Assembly (NCBI RefSeq): GCF_006345805.1
Contig: NC_043012.1
Coordinates: 51,770,001 to 51,834,000 of the forward strand
DNA: 64,000 bases
Reading direction: 5' to 3'
DNA from: Octopus sinensis
Taxonomy: Eukaryota
Positions 41,084 to 53,044 of the stretch are shown here, piece after piece. Position numbers and translations under genes: made by a program. Under the pieces are notes generated by a model. That model saw nothing but the letters and a program-made list of their open reading frames with translations. It was not told the origin of the DNA and searched no databases. Every line of letters begins with the position of its first letter. Position 1 is the first letter of the stretch.

Positions 41084-42150
41084 TTTATTTTGTTATCATT
41101 AGTGTTCTTTCAAACAGAAAATAATTAAAAAAAAAAAGATATAAAAATATAAAAATACGCGGTATTCTATCTTTATAATCTTTATAATTTCGTCCTCCGT
41201 GCCTGCCACGCACTCTCTCTTTCTCTTTCTTACATTTCTATTTCTATCTCTCTCATACATTTTTATTATTTGTTATCATTAGTGTTCTTTCAAACAGAAA
41301 ATAATAATTAAAAAGATATAAAAATACGCGCTATTCTATCTTTATAATCTCTCCCTCTCTTTCTTACATTTCTATTTCTATCTCTCTCATACAGTTTATA
41401 CCTTATCTGTCTCCCCATCCACCAGACCCTCTATTTCCGCTCTCAATCTCCCCTCCTCCCTCTCTCTCCCTCTGCAATCGTTTCTCTTTCTGCATCTCTC
41501 TCAGATCAACTTTCTCTCACCTCACCCCCTCTCTCAGTTCCTCAACTTCACTCATTCTCTCTCTCTGTTACTCCCCCTCCCTCTTTCTGCCTCTTTCCTC
41601 TCCGCTCCTTCACAGGTCAAACCCCTTTTCCTCTTCCCCTTCTGTCCCCTTATTTCTTTCTCTACACCACCCTCCCTGTCCCTTTACTACACTCTTTTGC
41701 GCCCCCTCTCTTCCTCTTCCCCCTTTTTTCTTCCTACCTTTCCTCTCCCTGTTCCCTCTCTCTGCCTCCTTCCTCCACACCACCCTCTCTGTCCCTTTAC
41801 TTCACTCCCTGGTACCTCTATCCTGCCCTCTCTCTCTCTCCCTCTCCATTTCATCTCTCTCTTCCTCTCCATTTTATCTCTCCGCCTTTCTTCTCCCAGC
41901 TCCCCCTAGGGCCCACCCTCTTGTCTCTCTTTTCCACCCTGTCCCTTTCTACTACACCTCTATCCCGCTCACTCTCCCCCTGCTGACCTGCCATTCTTTC
42001 ACCTTTCTCTTTTTTCCCTCTTATTTTCTCTCTTTCTCTCTTCTCTCAGGACAATCCCCTCGTCTCTCTCTATCCCCCCCTGGCTTTTCTCCTTTCTCTT
42101 CTCCCTCTCCATATCTCTCCTTCTCTATCTATCTCTCTGTTCCTATATTT
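41084..42150. repeat. ~180-bp tandem duplication (41084-41395) followed by a ~750-bp CT-rich tract
   Basis: TTGTTATCATTAGTGTTCTTTCAAACAGAAAATAAT...TTCTTACATTTCTATTTCTATCTCTCTCATACA occurs twice; the following region is strongly pyrimidine-biased on the + strand. Confidence 0.8.
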
Positions 42151-42162
42151 CACTAGAAGAAA

Positions 42163-43060
42163 ATGGCAAGAAACTGGTCTGCGAGAGAGGTGCAATTGTT
42201 CGTCCGCGCTTGGAAGATCGCTGAGGACGACTCGCCGAACGACATTATTGCTGCGGCGCTGAAAAGCAACAATTTTTCGAGAACCACCGCCCAGAAAGAG
42301 CGAAAGAAGAGAGAAGTTATCCGTTCGTACGCTCTAATCAGGCAACATGTGGACACCCTGGACATCATCCTGGTAGGTGACGGCAGCAGGGAGGGCCAAA
42401 AGGATGAGGAAAAGCATCCAGAGCCAATGGAGAAGCCTGGAACACAGGGAAACGATGACACATGTCCAGCTTCCAACACCACAACTGAAGACCAAAGAGG
42501 TGCGATGGCCGCAAGAAAGGAAAGGCACCCTGGATTGATGGGAAGCAGGAGGTAAAGGGTGACAGAATCAAGGCTAAGGAAGCCCTGTCCAGAGAAAGCA
42601 GAGGACCCCCCAAAAACCACTGTAAGGGCAGGGAAGAAGAACACCTGCAAATTCTACCTGAGGGGGGACTGCTGGTACGGCGTTGAAGGTGCAAACTGTC
42701 GCTTTGCACATCGGAGGCCCTACCAAAACCGCACGCACGGACGCTAGACAGAGGTCCCTCCCTCAGGGAGAACAAACAAAAAAAAAACAAAAAGGTAAAA
42801 AGAAGGGAAAAAGTGTGCACTGACCACTACTGAAAGACGGTATGCAGATGTGGTGCGCGGAAACCCAACAGGTGGCCAGCTTCACCCAGATGTGAGAAGG
42901 GCGGCAGCTGAACAGCAGTCCTTTTTTGTGCATGGCACAAAAATTGTTCACAGCTGACCTGGCTACAAGCACAAAGCTGGACTACCACACCACATAAGGC
43001 CACCTCCAACAGATGCAGGATGGCCACCACATACACCAACACCAACACACACACCACAAA
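42163..43060 (+). pseudogene. Disrupted ORF1: N-terminal Myb/SANT(trihelix)-like segment plus CCCH zinc finger
   Basis: MARNWSAREVQLFVRAW...IIAAALKSNNFSRTTAQKERKKREVIRSY; CKFYLRGDCWYGVEGANCRFAH; broken by stops and frameshifts. Confidence 0.6.
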
Positions 43061-43069
43061 AATATTTCT

Positions 43070-45760
43070 ACTGAATGTAGGAGGGCGCTGCGCGAAACTG
43101 TAAAAAGAAAATTTCAGTCCTGAGAGACCTTGTGACATGCAATCAAGCTATATGCATGGCACTCACAGAAACGTCTTGAACCCGATATAGGTGATGCAGA
43201 AATACACATGCCGCATATGCAGTCATACGCACAGATAGAAAGGGAGGAGCCATGGTGGAGTTGCAATGTACATCCGAGATGACCTCACGCCCCAGGTCCT
43301 GCTGTCATATTCAAACTCAGTATGTGAAACTCAAATTGTACACATAAGACAACTGAATATCGTCATATGCACTACATATCGCCCACCAGATGCCCCAAAA
43401 CACTCAGGCATATTTGAAGACTGGATCTCTGCTTCACAAACAATATGGATATTATCCATAATGTTAATGTGATGCCGACAATGATCTCGGATCACAACAT
43501 AATAGAGCTGTCTATGTATGGAACAAAAGCCCCCGCAGACACACAGCCTATACGAAGCACCCACCATCTCTCCAACTTAAACTTTCATAAAGCCAACTGG
43601 AAGTCGATTGAGAAAGAGATCCTCAAACAGGATTGGCCTGAATGTCTCTCCACACCGGACATAAACATGAAACACAAACACTTCATGTCCATAATACAAG
43701 CCATATGGACAAATATGTCCCAATGTGCAGGGCCAGCACAACAAGAACAAAAACCGGATCCCTAGAGAAAGGAGGATTCTTATGAGACGACGGACAAGGA
43801 TTGCAAACCGCCTGAGCAAGCACACCAAAGTGGTGAGAAGTCTCGGCTCGAAAGAATGCTAATGGAAACTGAGAAAAGTCTACATCAGTCCCATGAAAAG
43901 GAGAGAGCAGATAAAGAAGCTTGGGTAATAGAAAATATAAAATCAAACCCTAAAGCTTTCTTTAAGTTTTGCCAAAGAGACAGCCACAGTGCACCAGAGA
44001 ATAGGACCTCTCTTCCAAAAGATGGCTCTGTCACAGGAAATCCCACGAGGATAAGTGAAATACTGAACGAACAGTTCCAAAGTGTGTTCACTACACCTCT
44101 AGGACACAGGCAAGTAAACACCCAGAAGAATTCTTTGCCACTTTACCAGCGGCCAAAGAGACAAAAATTGAGTACATCAACATCGAAGAAGATGATATCA
44201 CACTAGCCATTGATGAGATTGACACAAACTCAGCTGCTGGACCTGATGGATTCCCAGCGATCCTTCTCAAATCGTGCAAACGAGCCCTTGCAAAACCGCT
44301 ACAGCTTCTTTTTCAGAGCTTTCTTGCAAGTGGTAAGCTCCCAGTGAAACTGAAAGAGGGGGTAATATGCCCTATCCATAAGGGAGGTAGCAGAGCAGAT
44401 GCTAAAAATTATAGGCCTATCTCTCTGACCTCACACATCAGCAAGTCATGGAACGAATAGTCCATAAGAAACTAATCATGTCCTTGCAGAAAATGACTTA
44501 CTGTCTGACACCCAGCATGGATTTCGACCAGGTAGAGGCTGCCTAACACAGCTCCTGCACACTATGACTGGGTGTTGAAACAGCTACTAAATGGCTCAAA
44601 TGTGGATGTAATATATCTTGACTTTGCAAAAGCCTTTGATAAAGTCGACCATGGTATGATCTGTCACAAACTGCGTGGTCTCGGCATAGGCGGGAAACTT
44701 GGAGAGTGGTTGCACAACTTCCTAAAAGACAGAAAACAGGCAGTTGTGAGCAATGGAGCCACCTCCAGGGAAACGCAAATAACAAGCGGTGTCCCACAGG
44801 GCACTGTCTTGGCCACTGATGTTCATAGTGGCCCTTTCCGACATGCCTTCAGTTGCTACGATGACCACCCTTGCTAGCTATGCAGATGACACAAAAGTCT
44901 CCCACGCAATACAAATCCCTGAAATATTGCGCATCTGCAACATGAGCTGGACACAATATACAGGTGGGCTGAGGACAACAACATGCAGTTTAATGCAGGT
45001 AATTTCCAGGCCCTGCGCTACTGGCACACAAGGTAAATGACGTGAAGACTGGATACACTGGCCCAGGAAGAATTGCAATCCCTGAGTCAAAATCAGTGCG
45101 TGACCTGGGCATTGACATGAGCAATGATGCATCTTTCCAAATGCATATTGCTAATCTGGTGATAAAATGCAGACGGCTAGCTGGATGGATTCTCCGAACT
45201 TTCAGAACAAGAGAGAAGGAGACACTGATGGTCCTATGGAAAACATTTGTCCTCAGCCGCTTGGACTACTGCTCCCAACTTTGGTCACCACACAATATAA
45301 AACAAACAGCAGAACTCGAAGCAACTCAGAGAAGCTACACAAGAAAATCGTCTCAATGCAAAATGCCAGCTACTGGAAAGACTGAAGGTTTAAACCTCTT
45401 CTCCCTGGAGCGGAGGCGGGAGAGATATGCAGTGATATACATCTGGAAAATCCTGGAGGGTCTTGTCCCAAACTTTGGCATTCAAAGTTACTCCAACCGC
45501 AGAACGGGGCGCCGCTGCGTGGTGCCAAGGATTCCACCATCACCATCAAAATACAGGTCCAGATACTGCAACAGCTTGGGTTTCAGAGGACCACAGCTCT
45601 TTAACATCCTCCCTAAATGCCTGAGAGACTTACATGGTGTGGATGTGGGTTTCTTTAAACTAAACTGGATCTCTTCTTGTTGGGAGTCCCAGATGAACCT
45701 ACCTCGACAGGAGACACGGATGCGGGCAGCAGCATCGAACTCCCTTGTTGATCAAGTGCC
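43070..45760 (+). pseudogene. Disrupted ORF2 (APE endonuclease + reverse transcriptase)
   Basis: Collinear ORF pieces 43266, 43445, 43856, 44572, 44789 and 45042 from the track, in shifting frames. Confidence 0.9.
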
Positions 45761-45854
45761 ACGTATCAGAGGTGGATTCACAAATAGTGTAGCTCATTCA
45801 GCGGTGGTGCCCCAGCATGGCCCGGCCTTCGGGCTAAAACATTTTAAGGATTTA

Positions 45855-45894
<40 letters not shown>

Positions 45895-45993
45895 TATATA
45901 ATAATATATATAGGTAATATATTCTATATATATCGCATATAAATATGTATATATATATGTATATATATATAAATGTATATATATGTATATATG

Positions 45994-46027
<34 letters not shown>

Positions 46028-46203
46028 CATATATATAGGTATATCATATATTATCTATATATATTATATATATATATATAATATATACATAACCTATATA
46101 GGTATATATATATATATATTATAATAATATATATATATATATATAATATATATATATATATAATACATAATATATACATATATACTTTACAAAACACACA
46201 AAC

Positions 46204-46253
<50 letters not shown>

Positions 46254-47025
46254 CGTACACTTATATACAGACAACACACAGGCAGAATTTCTGATTTGCT
46301 TTGGGGGTAATTCATATTTTATCTGTTAACTTTGTATTCCAAACATAAAATCAGAGGTATATATGTATGTATATTTTCACATAGACACACACAAACAACA
46401 CTCGCATAAGTATGCATGTATGTATGTATGCATGTAAGTATATAAGTATGTGTGTATGTATGTATGTATGCATGTATGTATACGTATATGTATATGAATA
46501 AACCTTCCTATTTTGTTTTCTTCGGTATTGATTTTGTCGTTGATATTAATTTGATATTCATTTCGTTGTATTTTGATTTTCATTTTAATGACATGTTAGA
46601 CTAATTTTAATGGAAAATGCACCGGCATTTATGTTTTAGATTATTTGTCAGATAGACACCACACCTGCACATATAAATGCGATACACTTTTGTTTATTTC
46701 TCAGCTAAAATTCTTCTGTAAGTTATGTCGGAATTGGGAAACAACATATATATAATATATATATATATATTATATATATATATATATATATAATATATAT
46801 GTATATGTATATATATGTATAATATATATATAATATATAATATATATATATAGTATATATATATATATATATTGTATATATATGTATATATATATATATA
46901 ATATAATATATATATATATATTATATATATATATATAATATATATATCCTATTTACACATGCAAGCCTCTCAGAGCATGCATAAGCACAAATACTTATGT
47001 GTGGCTGTGAGAATGCGTGTGCTTT

Positions 47026-47064
<39 letters not shown>

Positions 47065-47067
47065 CTA

Positions 47068-47102
<35 letters not shown>

Positions 47103-48270
47103 ATCTATCCGTCTATCCATCTGTCTATCTATCTATATCTATCTCTTTCTGCCACATACACACACACATACACACACATGCGAGTGCAACACACATGCAC
47201 ACATGCACACATACGCATACACATATATTGTATGTGTAGTAAATGTCTGTGTGTGTATATATATGTGTGTTTAGTTGTGTAATTGTACATGTATATGAAT
47301 TTTCATGCCGGATTGAAGAATATTAACCGATAAAAGTTCATGTACATGCGTGGGTAAACAGTTGCTTAATACGAGTGGAATTTTCTTTTCATTTTTAACC
47401 TTATAAAAAAAAGGAATTTTAGAAATGAAAAAAACATTCCAACCATATTAAGAAAGTATATACTTACTTTTGCGCTACCTGTATATGAGCCGCTAAAAGG
47501 GGTTTGTTATAAAGTTTATTGTTATGTCGCAATACTACAGAGTGGCTGCGTGACCTACGAATTTCTCGTCGCCACTGTTATATCGCACGTTCTGCTCTAC
47601 TACTCTCTCAGCTGTGCTCTGTTGACGTCTAAGATTCTCCCTCTATATCTACGTATTGAGCTAGCCTACTTCATCGTCTGAGGGCGTCCACACAACATTT
47701 ATAATGCTAGAAGTCATTAACAGTCGTTAAAATAATAGAATCATCTACTGGTTTTGTTAACTTTGCTTGTATCTGGACTTACAAACTCGAGACTCTCCGA
47801 CCATTATCCTTCACTTCTTGTCGCTCGCGTGTCCTCACTCTGAACACTGTTGTTTGCCGTAGTCTCCTTACAGGAAACAAGGTACGTTGAAAATTGAAGC
47901 AGAGATCAATTAAAAAAATATAGACATGAAATGTCCTCATTATTGAAAATGACTCGAGCTGCACACACTTTTTCCCTTCACAGTCGTCGTGAATGCTACA
48001 TCATTTGTATGATGTGGAAAATATTCCAGCATTATGGCTCAAATGATGGAGGCATCTAATTTAGTATTCAACTATGGCGTGTTCTCCTTGCGCCTTCCTT
48101 TCTCTACAAAATTCATGGTCGCGTTATATCATAATATTTAAACTGAAATATTTAAATTCAGCCGTCTCTACTCTTTCTAACATCATGTGAAGACACATAA
48201 CACAAGACAAAAATTTCATAACATTCATTATGTATACACATACACACAAACAAAGACATGTATATATATA

Positions 48271-48928
48271 TTTAATCTTCATTCCTTTCGTGAACTTATC
48301 CTTTTTTGGGGGGGTCTTCAGATTTATACTGCTCTTTCTAGCACAAGGCTTTCCTATTTGGAAGCCTCTTATTGTATTTCTAGATGAATAATATATAGTC
48401 TAATGACTAATTCGTTTTTTGTGCTAGGCCACTGGTAATAATAATTTATTATTACCCTATTTTATTATGTTTAAATATTGTTTGATAAATTCGTTCGAAA
48501 TTTTTACCGACATCCTCTCTGTCGCCGGGTATAATCTGCGTCTGCGCAGTGGTTTGAAAAATTAGGATTTACAAACCGTTAGTTCTACATGTGGATCTGG
48601 CAGGCTGTACGTCTGAAATTTAAAGGCTATCCCACTGAAGAAAACTGGCCTTCAGTAAATTTTTTTGGCTGGAAATAGTTAGAAACCACGGTCTGGGAAA
48701 TAGTTGAGATGGTAAACGTTTTTAATTTTTATTTCTTTCGTGAATTTATCCTTTTTTGTGGTGTTGAGATTTCTACTGCTCTTTCTAGCACAAAGCTTTC
48801 CTATTTGGAAGCCTCTTATTGTATTTCTATATGAATAATATATAGTCTAATGACTAATTCGTGTTTTGTGCTAGGCCACTGGTAATAATAATTTATTATT
48901 ACCATATTTTATTATGCTTATATATATT
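48271..48928. repeat. Two ~210-bp direct repeats (period 450 bp) flanking a spacer that holds an HHR motif
   Basis: CTGCTCTTTCTAGCACAA..CTTTCCTATTTGGAAGCCTCTTATTGTATTTCTA...GTGCTAGGCCACTGGTAATAATAATTTATTATTACC present at about 48330-48455 and 48777-48905. Confidence 0.9.
48630..48698 (+). ncRNA. Candidate type I hammerhead ribozyme
   Basis: TCCCA-CTGAAGA-AAACT...AGTTA-GAAA-CCACGG-TC-TGGGA: 5-bp stem I, intact core, GUC site; the first stem II pair is an A-A mismatch. Confidence 0.55.
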
Positions 48929-49067
48929 TAAATATATATACATGTATAAATATACATACACACATACATAGTCATTTAAAACTTCTTGTACTTATATATA
49001 CGTAGATACGTACATATATAAACGTGTGTGTATGTGTGTGTAATAACTGTAATTATATATTGTTTTA

Positions 49068-49121
<54 letters not shown>

Positions 49122-49124
49122 GAC

Positions 49125-49171
<47 letters not shown>

Positions 49172-49179
49172 TAGGTTCC

Positions 49180-49300
49180 AATTAAAGCGACAAAAATCTA
49201 AACAGACGACAGAAAAAAGATGGGGCGAACCTCTCGGAATATTCCAGGTGGTTTGCCCCATCATTTTCCCGTCAATTGTTTAGATTTAGTCGCTTTAATT
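49180..49300. repeat. ~120-nt imperfect inverted repeat (MITE-like or hairpin RNA)
   Basis: AATTAAAGCGAC/GTCGCTTTAATT, AAATCTAAACA/TGTTTAGATTT, GATGGGGCGAACC/GGTTTGCCCCATC, central palindrome GGAATATTCC. Confidence 0.85.
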
Positions 49301-50790
49301 ACAGCCCATGTTATTATCATAAGAAATAATATATAATTACAGTTATTAAAAAAAAATGGCTTATGTGTTCGCTTTTCTCCGATTTTTTTTTTTTTGCAGT
49401 CTTCGGGTTTGTTTAGAAATGTATAAATATGTGTGTGTGCTTATGTGAATTTTTTTGCGTGTTTGTGCTCGCACGTGGTTGTGAGTGCATACCCGGAAAT
49501 ATATATACGTATATATAATATATATATATATATATACAAGGAGAGATATGGGGATTGTGATACATACATGCATTCATACAAATGCCTAAGTATAACCGCG
49601 TGTGTATATACATGTGAGTATGTGTGTGCATTTGTGTGTGTGTGTGTGTGAGTGTGTGTGTGTGTGAGTTATTGTAAGCCACAGCAACGATTCTCTAACT
49701 TTCTCCCACCTCACTTTAGATTGTTAAGCTTCTTCCATTCTGAAAATGATCGTTCTCCTCTGTGAAATTGCGTGCTACTAAAATTGACATTATATAAAAG
49801 TACTGAGTACCTTATTCTTGAACATTCAACATTATTTCTGACATTTTATTGTCTTATACAATAATCAACTTTAAAATGAATACATTGGAAAACACTTCGC
49901 AATAAATGACTCTTTCAAAAATACAGACAAGTGGAACATTTTATTAATTTAGTTCCCCGTCTTATATTTAGCTCCACAGCAAAATTAACTTGTTTGTACA
50001 TTTACTGCGATATAGTCCTGAAAATTAAATTTTATTGTACAAATCTGATTTATACACTTCTTTTCTTAGCAAACGTTTATAAATGACATAGTTTTGATGT
50101 TTCTTTACGTGGAATGTGTTAGATTGTTACATATTAGATAGAGTGAAACTGTAATATAGAATTCAAAACAAATATCAAATAATATTGTTGACAGAAAATT
50201 TCCTCATTAATATTCCTCTTTATTTGTATTAATATAATTATTACACCAGATACACCTCTTGAAAACACTATATTATAATTACAATAATTATGTCAACATT
50301 CATGTTCATACTACGGCGGCATTAGTAAATATATGGAATGAAACATTGTTGCAATCAGAGTCAACATTATTAAAACAGCAGTGTGATATCATTTAGACTA
50401 TGCTGTTGACATCATTAATTATCTTGCAGTGGTATTCAATCGTTTAGAAAGTTCGTGTCACTGCAGATCAAATAAAATATTACTGTCGCATTTCGCAAGT
50501 GAAGTAATAAATTAATAAATATAAATTGATAACTATAAATTTTTTATAAGTGAAAGGTATTAGAAAAAAATTCTTAAATGCTATTGCTTACTTCATTTCA
50601 TGAGCCATGATTTTGTGCTAGAAAATAAATTTTTAACACATTTTCTAAGCTGCTCACGTATTTGCACGTCTTTCTGAAATGTTATACTTTTCTTTTCAAA
50701 ATAATTGATGCGATGTTTTAAAATCATTGCTCTATAACTTAAACTATTGTTACGAAAGCAGATATCAGTATTATTGGCTTCAAATTTAGG

Positions 50791-51139
50791 CCCAAAACCT
50801 GCAATTTAGTGGGAGAGGATAAGTCAACTACATCGACACCATGGCTCAACTGGTACATATCTATTTTATCGAGAGTGAAATGATGGAAGGCAAAGTCGAA
50901 CTTGGTGGAAGTGGAACACAAGACATAAAGCGAATGAAGCACCGCGAAGAAGTTTATCCTTTGTCCTAACGATTCCTCCATTTCACTGAATGTTGAATCA
51001 ATATTATTGTAAGTGTAAATGCATATATGAACATAAATATAAGACAAAAAAGCAATTTAACACATACAAGAGCTTAACTTGTAACTTATATATAATTAAA
51101 TCAAATGCAGGAAATAAATTCGACCTTCAGGTTTTAATG

Positions 51140-51207
<68 letters not shown>

Positions 51208-51541
51208 TTATAATAATAATTATTATTATTATTATAATTATTATTATAATTATTATTATTATTATTATTATAATTATTATTATTATTATTATTATAATTA
51301 TTATTATTATTATTATTATTATGGTGATGATGATGATGATGATGATGATGGAGATTTCAAATTTTTGCCAGAAGGTTTGCTTGGGGAGGGGATTAAGCCG
51401 TCTACATCGACCTCAGTGTGCAACTGGTACTTATTTAGTCGACCCCGAAAGGATGGAAAATAAAGTCGATCTCGACGGAATTTGAAATCATGACGTAGCT
51501 ACGGGCGAAATACCCAGAATAATATCAACAACAACAATAAC

Positions 51542-51584
<43 letters not shown>

Positions 51585-51770
51585 TCATAATAATTTATTT
51601 CTATATTGCCCACAGGGGCTAAATATAGAGGGGACAATCAAGGACAGTTAAAGGCATTAAGTCGATTACATCGGCATCAGTGTATAACTGGTGCCTATTT
51701 AATCGACCCCGAAAGGCAAAGTCGACCTCGCCGGATTCGCACTCAGAACGTAACGTCTGACAAATTACCT
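50791..51770 (-). mobile_element. Three SINE family C fragments (about 50791-50945, 51355-51510, 51596-51770)
   Basis: Shared AACTGGTAC..TTTA.TCGACCCCGAAAGGATG..AAAGTCGA..TCG.CGGAATTTGAA; further copies at about 30280-30380, 60566-60760 and 62305-62450. Confidence 0.75.
51138..51350. repeat. Compound trinucleotide array (TAA)n-(TAT)n-(GAT)n
   Basis: Direct reading; other trinucleotide arrays at 49070-49170 [(TAC)n(TAA)n], 51530-51590 and 53590-53865 [(TAT)n/(CAT)n]. Confidence 0.92.
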
Positions 51771-52502
51771 CTACATTTGTTAAAAGAAATGGTTGTCTAC
51801 AAGTGATAACAGAACCAGTATTCATAAATCGGCGTATCGTAATATATGCAACAATGAATAACGTATACATTATATAAACGAATGAGGTTCCTTCTCTATT
51901 TTAGGTATTGAAAATAAGCTAGCAATACATTTACGGTAGAAATCTATATAATCATTACAATTATAGTGTGAGTTATGTACATAGAAAATTTAATTTCAAT
52001 TCTGTTATGCTACGATAGGTACGAATACATTGAAGAGAATATATTCTAGACCACTGAACACATGGGACTGGAGGTGACTGAAGAAAGTCTGAGGCAAATT
52101 GAAGATACAAGAATTTGATTAGACTTAATATATAGGTGAGATTTTAAGCATAGATGGATAAATTGCAGAAGTCCAGTGATTTTTCACCGTTATGAAAATG
52201 AAAAATTGTTTTCATTTCTAAAAGTTCAATGAATGTATATGGTCTGATATTAATACGGTTGTTACTTCCTGCCGTTACTGCTGCCGCTGGTAGTAAATGC
52301 AGTGCTGTAAATATAAAATGTGGAACTCATTTATTGCACAGGTATTATACAGGTCTCACTCTGCTGAACGAGATACACGCATTTAAGGATGCAGGTGTTT
52401 AAATAACCATACGTTGCTCCATATATGTCAGCACATATAAGCATTTATAGCTAAATACATATATACCCACATACGTACACTTACATTTCAAGACATATGT
52501 AA

Positions 52503-52534
<32 letters not shown>

Positions 52535-52602
52535 ATATATGCATATCTGTCCATCTATACATATGGACACACACACACACACATATATGTATATATAAAT
52601 AT

Positions 52603-52639
<37 letters not shown>

Positions 52640-52909
52640 GTATATGCACGTTCGTAAGTATATATTTATACATAGACGCTCTGAGGCATAAACACGTTTC
52701 CGTCTTTCTTTGTTTGCTGAGAAGTGACCCTCTGCCTGTAAAACGATAAATGCCGTCTGGTATATACATAATTCATATATCTGTATACACATTATACACA
52801 CGCACATATGTATGTTATATTTACAGAGAGAAAAAGGGAAAAATAGCCAGATAGGGAAGGAGAGTGAGGGAGGAAGAGTGAGTAAGTAAACTGCATACCA
52901 ACACATGTT

Positions 52910-52982
<73 letters not shown>

Positions 52983-52984
52983 TA

Positions 52985-53044
<60 letters not shown>

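Larger units (their letters stand above)
40542..45856 (+). mobile_element. CR1-type LINE, probably near full length (5' boundary inferred; 42157-45856 is secure)
   Basis: ORF1-like region, APE endonuclease (ALTE..., HGGVAMYIRDD, TYRPPD, SDHN), RT (DFAKAFDKVDH, GVPQGTVL, YADD at 44879-44890) and a 3' stem-loop tail; (TA)n on both flanks. Confidence 0.8.
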
